The notes: generated by a model not told the origin, from the sequence alone. Shown: positions 8,439 to 17,648, counted from the first letter of the stretch. The stretch is 33,174 bases of DNA from a virus (IMGVR_UViG_2526164596_000016), one strand, 5' to 3'. Numbers and translations are program-made.

Positions 8439-9028
8439 TTAATGATTTCATACACCGCTAAAGCGTCTAGGTTACGCTTGATATGATCCCTACGACTGCC
8501 AATAGCTCTGGCAACCTCATAGTAGCGTAGCATTGGATCCAGATTTGCATTGGTATAATCAAAAAGCTGTTTAATATATCGAGCTTTTGATAAGGGTTCC
8601 CATTGTTTGACACCAGTAATATGTCTGAAACCAAGGTACGGAAGAATCTCTTCTCTTGTTTGGCGCTCAATGACAGGAACACGATCGACCGTATGTTTTG
8701 CATTTGATGCAATTTCTCGTAGTCGAGCACTTGGATTTTCACATAGTGTCGGATCGCGTAATAATTTGACCGCGGATAGGCGACGGTTTCCTTCAACTAC
8801 AATGTACTTCCCCGGCGCTCCACTATCAGGAATGACAATCAATGGTTCTCCAGGGAAAAAACCATTTTCCGCAATAGCACTCATTAGGTCTTCGATAGAT
8901 GTTGAGGTTGCTATGTAGTTAATCATTCCCAATTGGTCACGAGACACGCCTTCAGGAAGTCTTGGGTTTTCTGTGTCAAGTTCCAAATCATCTAGCGGAA
9001 CATAAAGTATTTCTGAATCAGCAATCAT
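8408..9028 (-). CDS. ParB/Srx-like nuclease-domain protein (N-terminal part)
   Basis: Start taken at MIADSEILYVPLDD (ATG 9028, SD GGAG 6 nt upstream). Contains LELDTENPR and YIVVEGNRRLSAVKLL, the hallmark GxRR arginine motif of the ParB N-terminal fold. Terminates just after an A7 run. Confidence 0.7.
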   Translation of the reverse strand: MIADSEILYVPLDDLELDTENPRLPEGVSRDQLGMINYIATSTSIEDLMSAIAENGFFPGEPLIVIPDSGAPGKYIVVEGNRRLSAVKLLRDPTLCENPSARLREIASNAKHTVDRVPVIERQTREEILPYLGFRHITGVKQWEPLSKARYIKQLFDYTNANLDPMLRYYEVARAIGSRRDHIKRNLDALAVYEIIKKMIFMVLKS

Positions 9029-9075
9029 CTGGATCTCCGTTGAACATGTCCACGAGAAGGAGCACAAAGTTATTT

Positions 9076-9104
9076 CATAACATGCAATATACTCATTCTG
9101 TAGC
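9076..9104 (-). promoter_or_regulatory. Candidate sigma70 promoter for the leftward cargo operon: -35 TTCATT (plus 9099-9104), 17-bp spacer, -10 TATATT (plus 9076-9081)
   Basis: Read directly on the minus strand, about 50 nt upstream of the ParB-like start. Confidence 0.35.
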
Positions 9105-9254
9105 CATAAATGAATTATTCATGATGTAAGATTCGCGTTGATGTGCGTGAATTCGCAAGTAATTATACAGCAAGGTTTGATTGGGTATCGTCAGCACCAG
9201 TGCGGTTCCAACGTACTCATGCAACTGCATTAAAACCGCCCCATGAAGTGGGCG

Positions 9255-9273
9255 GGCGAGGCGGGGAAAGCAC
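9255..9273. other. cos cohesive-end sequence GGCGAGGCGGGGAAAGCAC
   Basis: 19-mer read directly; matches the P2/186/P4 cohesive end as I recall it, at the expected position upstream of Q. Confidence 0.6.
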
Positions 9274-9415
9274 TGCGCGCTGGCGGTGGTGCTGATTTTA
9301 TTTTTTCAGCGTCTGAGCGCGTCGTGATGGCGTTTAGAGTCTGCGCCGGGGCGTTGGTGTGTCTGCGGGGTGTTTTGTGCGGTGGTGAGCGTGTGAGGGT
9401 GTGATGACGGGGTGT

Positions 9416-9437
9416 AAAAAAGCCGCCCGCAGGCGGC
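9416..9437 (-). terminator. Rho-independent terminator downstream of Q (stem GCCGCC/GGCGGC, loop CGCA, then a T run on the minus strand)
   Basis: Read directly: plus-strand AAAAAA (9416-9421) followed by GCCGCCCGCAGGCGGC. Confidence 0.45.
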
Positions 9438-9442
9438 GATGT

Positions 9443-10477
9443 TCAGCCGTTGTCAGTGTCCAGTGAGTAGTTTTTAAAGCGGATGACCTCCTGACCGAGC
9501 CAGCCGTTTATTTCCCGAATCCTGTCCTGTAACGGGATAAGCTCATTGCGGACAAAGACCTTTGCCACTTTCTCAATATCACCCAGCGACCCGACGTTCT
9601 CCGGCTTGCCGCCCATCAACTGAAAGGGGATGCGGTGCGCGTCCAGCAGGTCAGCGGCGCTGGCTTTTTTGATATTAAAAAAATCGTCTTTCGTCGCCAC
9701 TTCACTGAGCGGGATAATTTTAATGCCGTCAGCTTTCCCCTGCGGGGCATAGAGAAACAGATTTTTAAAGTTATTGCGGCCTTTCGACTTAACCATGTTT
9801 TCGCGAAGCATTTCGATATCGTTGCGATCCTGCACGGCATCAGTGACGTACATGATGTATCCGGCATGTGCGCCGTTTTCGTAATACTTGCGGCGGAACA
9901 GCGTGGCCGACTCATTCAGCCAGGCAGAATTAAGGGCGCTGAGATATTCCGGCAGGCCGTACAGCTCCTGATTAATATCCGGCTCCAGCAGGTGAAACAC
10001 GGAGCCGGGCGTGAAAGGTGTCGGCTCGTTGAAGGACGGCACCCACCAGTAAACATCCTCTTCCACACCACGGCGGGTATATTTTGCCGGTGAGGTTTCC
10101 AGTCTGATGACCTTACCGGTGGTGCTGTAACGCTTTTCCAGAAACGCATTACCGAACACCAGAAAATCCAGCACAAAGCGGCTGAAATCCTGCTGGGAAA
10201 GCCACGGATGCGGGATAAATGTCGAGGCCAGAATATTACGTTTGACGTAAATCGGTGAGCTGTGATGCACGGCAGCACGCAGGCTTTTTGCCAGACCGGT
10301 AAAGCTGATCGGTGGCTCATACCATCTGCCGTTACTGATGCACTCGACGTAATCCAGAATGTCACGGCGGTCGAGTACCGGCACCGGCTCACCAAAGGTG
10401 AATGCTTCCATTTTCGGGGCGCTGGCGGTCATTGTTTTTGCCGCAGGTTGCGGTGTTTTCCCTTTTTTCTTGCTCAT
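9443..10477 (-). CDS. Q: Portal protein, P2 gpQ-like
   Basis: 344-aa ORF; N-terminus MSKKKGKTPQPAAKTMTASAPKMEAFTFGEP and length match recalled P2 Q; first gene leftward from cos. Confidence 0.9.
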   Translation of the reverse strand: MSKKKGKTPQPAAKTMTASAPKMEAFTFGEPVPVLDRRDILDYVECISNGRWYEPPISFTGLAKSLRAAVHHSSPIYVKRNILASTFIPHPWLSQQDFSRFVLDFLVFGNAFLEKRYSTTGKVIRLETSPAKYTRRGVEEDVYWWVPSFNEPTPFTPGSVFHLLEPDINQELYGLPEYLSALNSAWLNESATLFRRKYYENGAHAGYIMYVTDAVQDRNDIEMLRENMVKSKGRNNFKNLFLYAPQGKADGIKIIPLSEVATKDDFFNIKKASAADLLDAHRIPFQLMGGKPENVGSLGDIEKVAKVFVRNELIPLQDRIREINGWLGQEVIRFKNYSLDTDNG

Positions 10478-12249
10478 CAGTAAAACTCCAGAATGGTGGA
10501 TGTCAGCGGGGTGCTGATACCGGCGGTGAGTGGCTCATTTAACAGGGCGTGCATGGTCGCCCAGGCGAGGTCGGCGTGGCTGGCTTCCTCGCTGCGGCTG
10601 GCCTCATAGGTGGCGCTGCGTCCGCTGCTGGTCATGGTCTTGCGGATAGCCATAAACGAGCTGGTGATGTCGGTGGCGCTGACGTCATATTCCAGACAGC
10701 CACGGCGGATGACGTCTTTTGCCTTGAGCACCATTGCGGTTTTCATTTCCGGTGTGTAGCGGATATCACGCGCGGCGGGATAGAACGAGCGCACGAGCTG
10801 GAACACGCCGACACCGAGGCCGGTGGCATCAATTCCGATGTATTCGACGTTGTATTTTTCGGTGAGTTTGCGGATGGATTCCGCCTGGGTGGCAAAGTCC
10901 ATGCCTTTCCACTGGTGACGCTCAAGTATTCTGAATTTGCCACCGGCCACCACCGGCGGTGCCAGTACCACGCATCCGGCGCTGTCGCCACGGTGTGACG
11001 GGTCGTAACCAATCCATACCGGGCGGGAGCCGAACGGATTGGCGGCAAACGGCGCATAGTCTTCCCATTCTTCCAGCGTGTCGACCATGCAGCGTTGCAG
11101 CTCCTCGAACGGGAACACCGATGCCTTGTCGTCAACAAATTCACACATGAACAGGTTTTTAAAATCGTCGGCGCTGTTTTCACGTTTGAGCTGCTCAATG
11201 TCGAACAGCGTGCAGCCGCCTTTCAGGGCGTCCTCAATGGTGACAATCTGCCGCCACTGGCCGTCCGCACAGAGAAGCCCACCGGCAAGGGCGTTATGAC
11301 TGACGTCGATTTCCACGCGTTCGGCGGCGCTGGCGCGTCCCCGGTTAAACAGTTCACCCGACCAGAACGGGTAGGCGTCGTGCGCCAGTGTGGACGGGGT
11401 GGAGAAATAGGTCGAGCGCAGGTGACTCTGTGAGGCCATACCTGATGCCACCTTACGCAGTACCTGAAAATTCGGTATCCAGAAAATCTCGTCGACGTAC
11501 AGGTCGCCGTTATGGCTCTGCGCGGTGTTGGAGTTGGTGCCGAGAAAAATCAGTTTTGCGCCGTTATTGCCCAGGACAATCGGGTCACCGGTCAGGTCAA
11601 CGTCAACCAGCCGGGCAAAGGCGATGATGTATTCGCGGAACACATACGCCTGCGTTTTACTGGCCGACAGAAAAATCTGGTTATGACCGGTTTTCAGGGC
11701 GCGCAGCAGCGCCTCGCGGGAAAAATAAAACGTCGCGCCAATCTGGCGGGATTTCAGGATATCGCGGATGCGGTGCTCAAGCCCGGCGCGATACCAGTGC
11801 AACTGATAGTCGAAAGACTGCTCAAAGAAAATCTGCTCCAGCTTTTCGATAGCCTCGTCACTGAAAAAATTCTTTTTCGGTTTGCGACGCCCGCCTTTGT
11901 TGCGGTTAGCGACGTTCGGATTAAGGTCTGCCTCGTTGCCGGTCTGGCTGTAACGGTTGACCCGTGCCAGCCGTTCAATCTGGCGTCCGAGCAGGTCAAT
12001 TTCCTTGAAGTCACCGCCGGTTTTCTGCGGTTTGATGATGAGCTGGGTCAGCCGCGCTTCCAGACTCATTTCGACACGGCTGATGGGGGCAACGCTGTCC
12101 CAGCCGTCGCGCTGTTTCCAGCTCTGCACCGTCGGGCGTTTCATCTGCAACATGGCGGCAATCTGCGGCACGGAAAACCCCTGCCAGTACAGCAGCGCCG
12201 CCTGACGACGCGGATCGTGTAAAAGAGTGGTGTCTGTGGTGATGGTCAT
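10477..12249 (-). CDS. P: Terminase large (ATPase) subunit, P2 gpP-like
   Basis: ORF 10477-12279 minus; start chosen at MTITTDTTLL giving 590 aa as in P2; synteny Q-P. Confidence 0.9.
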   Translation of the reverse strand: MTITTDTTLLHDPRRQAALLYWQGFSVPQIAAMLQMKRPTVQSWKQRDGWDSVAPISRVEMSLEARLTQLIIKPQKTGGDFKEIDLLGRQIERLARVNRYSQTGNEADLNPNVANRNKGGRRKPKKNFFSDEAIEKLEQIFFEQSFDYQLHWYRAGLEHRIRDILKSRQIGATFYFSREALLRALKTGHNQIFLSASKTQAYVFREYIIAFARLVDVDLTGDPIVLGNNGAKLIFLGTNSNTAQSHNGDLYVDEIFWIPNFQVLRKVASGMASQSHLRSTYFSTPSTLAHDAYPFWSGELFNRGRASAAERVEIDVSHNALAGGLLCADGQWRQIVTIEDALKGGCTLFDIEQLKRENSADDFKNLFMCEFVDDKASVFPFEELQRCMVDTLEEWEDYAPFAANPFGSRPVWIGYDPSHRGDSAGCVVLAPPVVAGGKFRILERHQWKGMDFATQAESIRKLTEKYNVEYIGIDATGLGVGVFQLVRSFYPAARDIRYTPEMKTAMVLKAKDVIRRGCLEYDVSATDITSSFMAIRKTMTSSGRSATYEASRSEEASHADLAWATMHALLNEPLTAGISTPLTSTILEFY

Positions 12250-12422
12250 GAATACCTCGCCGTGATGAATACACGGCAAGGCTACTGAGTCGCGCCCCGC
12301 GATTCGCTAAGGTGCTGTTGTGTCAGTGATAAGCCATCCGGGACTGATGGCGGAGGATGCGCATCGTCGGGAAACTGATGCCGACATGTGACTCCTCTAA
12401 TCACTATTCAGGACTCCTGACA

Positions 12423-13277
12423 ATGGCAAAAAAAGTCTCAAAATTCTTTCGTATCGGCGTTGAGGGTGACACCTGTGACGGGCGTGTCATCAGTGCGCAG
12501 GATATTCAGGAAATGGCCGAAACCTTTGACCCGCGTGTCTATGGTTGCCGCATTAACCTGGAACATCTGCGCGGCATCCTGCCTGACGGTATTTTTAAGC
12601 GTTATGGCGATGTGGCCGAACTGAAGGCCGAAAAGATTGACGATGATTCGGCGCTGAAAGGCAAATGGGCGCTGTTTGCGAAAATCACCCCGACCGATGA
12701 CCTTATCGCGATGAACAAGGCCGCGCAGAAGGTCTATACCTCAATGGAAATTCAGCCGAACTTTGCCAATACAGGCAAATGTTATCTGGTGGGTCTGGCC
12801 GTCACCGATGACCCGGCAAGCCTCGGCACGGAATACCTGGAATTCTGCCGCACGGCAAAACACAACCCCCTGAACCGCTTCAAATTAAGCCCTGAAAACC
12901 TGATTTCAGTGGCAACGCCTGTTGAGCTGGAATTTGAAGACCTGCCTGAAACCGTGTTCACCGCCCTGACCGAAAAGGTGAAATCCATTTTTGGCCGCAA
13001 ACAGGCCAGCGATGACGCCCGTCTGAATGACGTGCATGAAGCGGTGACCGCTGTTGCTGAACATGTGCAGGAAAAACTGAGCGCCACTGAGCAGCGCCTC
13101 GCTGAGATGGAAACCGCCTTTTCCGCTCTTAAGCAGGAGGTGACTGACAGGGCGGATGAAACCAGCCAGGCATTCACCCGCCTGAAAAACAGTCTCGACA
13201 GCACCGAAAGTCTGACCCAGCAGCGCCGCAGCAAGGCCACCGGCGGTGGCGGTGACGCCCTGATGACGAACTGCTGA
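12423..13277 (+). CDS. O: Capsid scaffolding protein, P2 gpO-like
   Basis: Start at MAKKVSKFFRIGVEGDTCDG (284 aa); coiled-coil C-terminal part; divergent from P. Confidence 0.85.
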   Translation: MAKKVSKFFRIGVEGDTCDGRVISAQDIQEMAETFDPRVYGCRINLEHLRGILPDGIFKRYGDVAELKAEKIDDDSALKGKWALFAKITPTDDLIAMNKAAQKVYTSMEIQPNFANTGKCYLVGLAVTDDPASLGTEYLEFCRTAKHNPLNRFKLSPENLISVATPVELEFEDLPETVFTALTEKVKSIFGRKQASDDARLNDVHEAVTAVAEHVQEKLSATEQRLAEMETAFSALKQEVTDRADETSQAFTRLKNSLDSTESLTQQRRSKATGGGGDALMTNC

Positions 13278-13335
13278 CCGGCGTCAGCCAGTCCGGGAAA
13301 ACCTTCACGATTAACCCTTAATTTCAGGAAAAACT

Positions 13336-14409
13336 ATGCGCCAGGAAACCCGCTTTAAATTTAATGCCTACCTGTCCCGTGTTGCCGAACTGAACGGCAT
13401 CGACGCCGGTGATGTGTCGAAAAAATTCACCGTTGAACCGTCGGTCACCCAGACCCTGATGAACACCATGCAGGAGTCCTCTGACTTTCTGACCCGCATC
13501 AACATTGTGCCGGTCAGCGAAATGAAAGGGGAAAAAATTGGTATCGGTGTCACCGGCCCCATTGCCAGCACCACCGACACTGCAGGAGGCACCGAGCGTC
13601 AGCCGAAGGACTTCTCGAAGCTGGCGTCCAACAAGTACGAATGCGACCAGGTTAACTTCGATTTTTATATCCGCTACAAAACGCTGGACCTGTGGGCGCG
13701 TTATCAGGATTTCCAGCTCCGTATCCGTAACGCCATTATCAAACGCCAGTCCCTTGATTTCATCATGGCCGGTTTTAACGGCGTGAAGCGTGCCGAAACC
13801 TCTGACCGCAGCAGCAATCCGATGTTGCAGGATGTGGCGGTCGGCTGGCTGCAGAAATACCGCAATGAAGCCCCGGCGCGCGTGATGAGCAAGGTCACTG
13901 ACGAGGAAGGTCACACGACCTCTGAGGTCATCCGCGTGGGTAAGGGCGGTGATTATGCCAGCCTTGATGCACTGGTGATGGATGCGACCAACAACCTGAT
14001 CGAACCGTGGTATCAGGAAGACCCTGACCTTGTGGTGATAGTGGGACGTCAGTTACTGGCGGACAAGTATTTCCCCATCGTTAACAAGGAGCAGGACAAC
14101 AGCGAAATGCTGGCCGCTGACGTCATCATCAGCCAGAAACGCATCGGTAACCTGCCAGCGGTACGCGTCCCGTACTTCCCGGCGGATGCGATGCTCATCA
14201 CGAAGCTGGAAAACCTGTCCATCTACTACATGGATGACAGCCATCGCCGCGTGATTGAGGAAAACCCGAAACTCGACCGCGTGGAGAACTACGAGTCAAT
14301 GAACATTGATTACGTGGTGGAGGACTACGCCGCCGGTTGTCTGGTGGAAAAAATTAAGGTCGGTGATTTCTCCACACCGGCTAAGGCGACCGCAGAGCCG
14401 GGAGCGTAA
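13336..14409 (+). CDS. N: Major capsid protein, P2 gpN-like
   Basis: 357-aa ORF in the expected position and of the expected length. Confidence 0.9.
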   Translation: MRQETRFKFNAYLSRVAELNGIDAGDVSKKFTVEPSVTQTLMNTMQESSDFLTRINIVPVSEMKGEKIGIGVTGPIASTTDTAGGTERQPKDFSKLASNKYECDQVNFDFYIRYKTLDLWARYQDFQLRIRNAIIKRQSLDFIMAGFNGVKRAETSDRSSNPMLQDVAVGWLQKYRNEAPARVMSKVTDEEGHTTSEVIRVGKGGDYASLDALVMDATNNLIEPWYQEDPDLVVIVGRQLLADKYFPIVNKEQDNSEMLAADVIISQKRIGNLPAVRVPYFPADAMLITKLENLSIYYMDDSHRRVIEENPKLDRVENYESMNIDYVVEDYAAGCLVEKIKVGDFSTPAKATAEPGA

Positions 14410-14412
14410 CCG

Positions 14413-15156
14413 ATGACGAGTCCCGCACAGCGCCACATGATGCGGGTCTCGGCAGCGATGACCGCGCAGCGGGAAGCCGCCCCGCTGCGACATGCAACTG
14501 TCTATGAGCAGATGCTGGTTAAGCTCGCCGCAGACCAGCGCACACTGAAAGCGATTTATTCAAAAGAGCTGAAGGCCGCAAAAAAACGCGAACTGCTGCC
14601 GTTCTGGTTGCCGTGGGTGAACGGCGTGCTGGAGCAGGGCAAAGGTGCACAGGATGACATTCTGATGACGGTCATGCTGTGGCGTCTGGATACCGGCGAT
14701 ATTGCCGGTGCGCTGGAGATTGCCCGTTATGCCCTGAAGTACGGTCTGACCATGCCGGGTAAACACCGACGCACCCCGCCGTACATGTTCACCGAGGAGG
14801 TGGCGCTCGCGGCCATGCGCGCTCACGCTGCCGGTGAGTCTGTGGATACCCGCCTGCTGACGGAGACCCTTGAACTGACCGCTGCTGCTGACATGCCTGA
14901 TGAAGTGCGCGCAAAGCTGCACAAAATCACCGGTCTGTTTCTGCGTGACGCTGGTGATGCCGCCGGTGCGCTGGCTCACCTGCAACGTGCGACACAGCTC
15001 GACTGTCAGGCAGGCGTCAAAAAAGAGATTGAACGACTGGAGCGGGAGCTGAAACCGAAGCCGGAGCCGCAGCCCAAAGCGGCCACCCGCGCCCCGCGTA
15101 AGACCCGGAGCGTGACACCGGCAAAACGTGGACGCCCGAAAAAGAAAGCCAGTTAA
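14413..15156 (+). CDS. M: Terminase small (endonuclease) subunit, P2 gpM-like
   Basis: 247-aa ORF following N; basic C-terminal tail (PKRGRPKKKAS). Confidence 0.85.
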   Translation: MTSPAQRHMMRVSAAMTAQREAAPLRHATVYEQMLVKLAADQRTLKAIYSKELKAAKKRELLPFWLPWVNGVLEQGKGAQDDILMTVMLWRLDTGDIAGALEIARYALKYGLTMPGKHRRTPPYMFTEEVALAAMRAHAAGESVDTRLLTETLELTAAADMPDEVRAKLHKITGLFLRDAGDAAGALAHLQRATQLDCQAGVKKEIERLERELKPKPEPQPKAATRAPRKTRSVTPAKRGRPKKKAS

Positions 15157-15255
15157 CAACCGAATGCGCCCCGCGCCAGGGCGGCACGCCGGTCAGTGAG
15201 GGTGAATCACCTGACACTGCACCGGCGTCCACCGCCCGACTTTTCTGAGGTAGTC

Positions 15256-15765
15256 ATGATGACGCTGATTATTCCGCGAAAGGAGGCTCCCGTGTCCGGT
15301 GAGGGTACGGTGGTCATCCCGCAACCGGCAGGCGACGAGCCGGTGATTAAAAACACGTTCTTTTTTCCCGATATCGACCCGAAGCGCGTCCGGGAACGTA
15401 TGCGCCTTGAGCAGACCGTCGCCCCCGCCCGTCTGCGTGAGGCCATCAAGTCAGGCATGGCGGAGACAAATGCGGAGCTGTACGAGTACCGCGAACAGAA
15501 AATTGCCGCCGGTTTTACGTGTCTGGCGGACGTCCCGGCGGACGATATCGACGGTGAAAGCATCAAAGTTTTTTACTACGAGCGCGCCGTGTGTGCGATG
15601 GCGACCGCGTCGCTTTATGAGCGTTATCGCGGCGTGGATGCCAGTGCGAAAGGTGACAAGAAGGCTGACAGCATTGACAGCACCATTGATGAGCTGTGGC
15701 GGGATATGCGCTGGGCGGTGGCGCGTATCCAGGACAAACCGCGCTGCATCGTGAGTCAAATCTGA
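15256..15765 (+). CDS. L: Head completion/stabilisation protein, P2 gpL-like
   Basis: ORF 15196-15765; start taken at MMTLIIPRK giving 169 aa. Confidence 0.8.
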   Translation: MMTLIIPRKEAPVSGEGTVVIPQPAGDEPVIKNTFFFPDIDPKRVRERMRLEQTVAPARLREAIKSGMAETNAELYEYREQKIAAGFTCLADVPADDIDGESIKVFYYERAVCAMATASLYERYRGVDASAKGDKKADSIDSTIDELWRDMRWAVARIQDKPRCIVSQI

Positions 15766-15968
15766 TGAAGACCTTTGCGCTACAGGGCGACACGCTCGAC
15801 GCCATTTGTGTCCGGTATTACGGGCGCACTGAGGGCGTGGTCGAAGCCGTGCTCGCCGCAAATCCGGGACTGGCTGAACTGGGTGCAGTGCTGCCGCACG
15901 GCACCGCCGTCGAACTGCCCGACGTTCAGACCGCGCCCGTGGCTGAAACTGTCAATCTGTGGGAGTAA
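15765..15968 (+). CDS. X: Tail protein X
   Basis: 67-aa MKTFALQGDTLDAICVRYYG...; ATG overlaps the L stop (TGATG). Confidence 0.75.
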   Translation: MKTFALQGDTLDAICVRYYGRTEGVVEAVLAANPGLAELGAVLPHGTAVELPDVQTAPVAETVNLWE

Positions 15969-15971
15969 CGC

Positions 15972-16253
15972 ATGACAGCAGAAGAAAAAAGCGTCCTGTC
16001 GCTTTTTATGATTGGGGTGCTGATTGTTGTCGGCAAGGTGCTTGCCGGTGGTGAACCCATCACCCCGCGTCTGTTTATCGGGCGCATGTTGCTCGGTGGT
16101 TTTGTCTCGATGGTTGCCGGTGTTGTTCTGGTGCAGTTTCCTGACCTGTCACTGCCTGCGGTGTGCGGCATCGGCTCCATGCTGGGTATCGCCGGTTATC
16201 AGGTGATTGAGATTGCCATTCAGCGCCGCTTTAAGGGCAGGGGGAAACCGTAA
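15972..16253 (+). CDS. Y: Holin, P2 gpY-like
   Basis: 93-aa ORF with hydrophobic transmembrane segments and a basic C-terminus; precedes the endolysin. Confidence 0.8.
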   Translation: MTAEEKSVLSLFMIGVLIVVGKVLAGGEPITPRLFIGRMLLGGFVSMVAGVVLVQFPDLSLPAVCGIGSMLGIAGYQVIEIAIQRRFKGRGKP

Positions 16254-16750
16254 TGCCGGTAATTAACACGCATCAGAATATCGCCGCCTTTCTCGACATG
16301 CTGGCGGTGTCCGAAGGGACGGCAAATCATCCGCTGACGAAAAACCGGGGCTATGACGTGATAGTCACCGGACTGGACGGGAAGCCGGAAATTTTCACCG
16401 ACTACAGTGACCACCCGTTCGCGCATGGCCGACCGGCGAAGGTGTTTAACCGTCGCGGTGAAAAGTCCACGGCCTCCGGTCGCTATCAGCAGCTTTACCT
16501 GTTCTGGCCGCACTACCGCAAACAGCTTGCCCTGCCGGATTTCAGTCCGTTGTCACAGGACAGACTCGCCATTCAGTTGATCCGCGAACGCGGTGCACTG
16601 GATGACATCCGGGCGGGACGCATTGAGCGCGCCATTTCACGCTGTCGCAATATCTGGGCGTCCCTGCCGGGTGCCGGTTACGGTCAGCGTGAGCATTCAC
16701 TGGAAAAACTGGTCACCGTCTGGCGTACCGCTGGCGGCGTACCGGCTTAA
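16253..16750 (+). CDS. K: Endolysin, P2 gpK-like
   Basis: 165-aa ORF MPVINTHQNIAAFLDMLAVSEGT...; position after the holin. Confidence 0.85.
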   Translation: MPVINTHQNIAAFLDMLAVSEGTANHPLTKNRGYDVIVTGLDGKPEIFTDYSDHPFAHGRPAKVFNRRGEKSTASGRYQQLYLFWPHYRKQLALPDFSPLSQDRLAIQLIRERGALDDIRAGRIERAISRCRNIWASLPGAGYGQREHSLEKLVTVWRTAGGVPA

Positions 16751-16764
16751 ACGGAGTAAACACC

Positions 16765-17190
16765 ATGAAGAAATTATCCCTTTCACTGATGCTGAACGTG
16801 TCGCTGGTGATGATGCTGGCACTGTCCCTGATTTACCCGCAGAGCGTGGCCGTCAGTTTTGTCGCCGCCTGGGCGATTCTGGCGACGGTTATCTGTGTGG
16901 TTGCCGGTGGTGTCGGCGTGTATGCCACCGAGTATGTACTTGAACGCTACGGGCGGGAGCTGCCGCCGGAATCGCTGGCCGTGAAGATTGTCACGTCGCT
17001 GTTTTTGCAGCCGGTGCCGTGGCGCAGACGGGCGGCGGCTCTGGTGGTGATGGTGGCGACGTTTATCTCGCTGGTCGCTGCCGGGTGGATTTTTACTGCG
17101 CTGATTTACCTCGTGGCGTCGGTGTTCTTCCGGCTGATACGTACGGCCTGTCGTCAGCGTTTTGAGGGGCGGGAACCATGTCAAAGCTGA
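16765..17190 (+). CDS. lysA: Lysis regulatory membrane protein LysA
   Basis: 141-aa strongly hydrophobic ORF after K. Confidence 0.7.
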   Translation: MKKLSLSLMLNVSLVMMLALSLIYPQSVAVSFVAAWAILATVICVVAGGVGVYATEYVLERYGRELPPESLAVKIVTSLFLQPVPWRRRAAALVVMVATFISLVAAGWIFTALIYLVASVFFRLIRTACRQRFEGREPCQS

Positions 17191-17648
17191 TGATTGTGCT
17201 GGTCGTGTTGTTATCGCTGGCGGTGGCCGGTCTGTTTCTGGCGAAGCATGAAAACGCCAGCCTGCGCACCTCGCTGGACAGGGCGAACAACGTCGCCAGC
17301 GGGCAGCAGACGACCATCACCATGCTGAAAAATCAGCTTCATGTTGCCCTCACCAGAGCAGACAAAAACGAGCTGGCGCAGGTGGCACTGCGTCAGGAAC
17401 TGGAGAACGCGGCGAAGCGTGAAGCACAGCGCGAGAAAACCATCACGAGGTTACTGAATGAAAACGAAGATTTTCGCCGCTGGTACGGCGCTGACCTGCC
17501 TGATGCTGTGCGCCGGTTGCACCAGCGCCCCGCCTGCACCGACGCCAGTGATTGTCCCCAACGCCTGCCCGAAAGTGAGTCTTTGCCCGATGCCGGGCAG
17601 CGCCCCGGAGACGAACGGCGATTTAAGTGCCGATATCCGGCAGCTTGA
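17178..17648 (+). CDS. lysB: i-spanin (Rz-like) LysB
   Basis: N-terminal transmembrane anchor MSKLMIVLVVLLSLAVAGLFLA followed by a coiled-coil-like region; the exact 3' end is uncertain. Confidence 0.7.
   Translation: MSKLMIVLVVLLSLAVAGLFLAKHENASLRTSLDRANNVASGQQTTITMLKNQLHVALTRADKNELAQVALRQELENAAKREAQREKTITRLLNENEDFRRWYGADLPDAVRRLHQRPACTDASDCPQRLPESESLPDAGQRPGDERRFKCRYPAA

Noticed and set aside
5776-9254. Presence of P2 tin and old genes in the A-to-cos slot
   Set aside because: None of the ORFs here has the size or features expected for Old (large ATPase/TOPRIM nuclease) or Tin; the slot instead holds the methyltransferase and ParB-like cargo.
9280-9420. Possible CRISPR array or tandem repeat in the G/T-rich tract near cos
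   Set aside because: The GGTG/GTGTG units are short and irregular, with no repeat-spacer periodicity and no cas genes; more consistent with cos-flanking packaging signals.
9616-12274. Many ORFs on both strands overlapping Q and P (for example 9635-10093, 9916-10395, 10549-10998, 11512-12222)
   Set aside because: Alternative frames within GC-rich portal and terminase genes whose own sequences match P2 Q and P as recalled; no sign of genuine overlapping genes.
13324-15232. Antisense ORFs over N and M (13324-13914, 14560-15159, 15017-15232)
   Set aside because: Antisense to capsid and small-terminase genes in the conserved late operon; Arg/Gly-rich low-complexity translations typical of GC-rich antisense frames.
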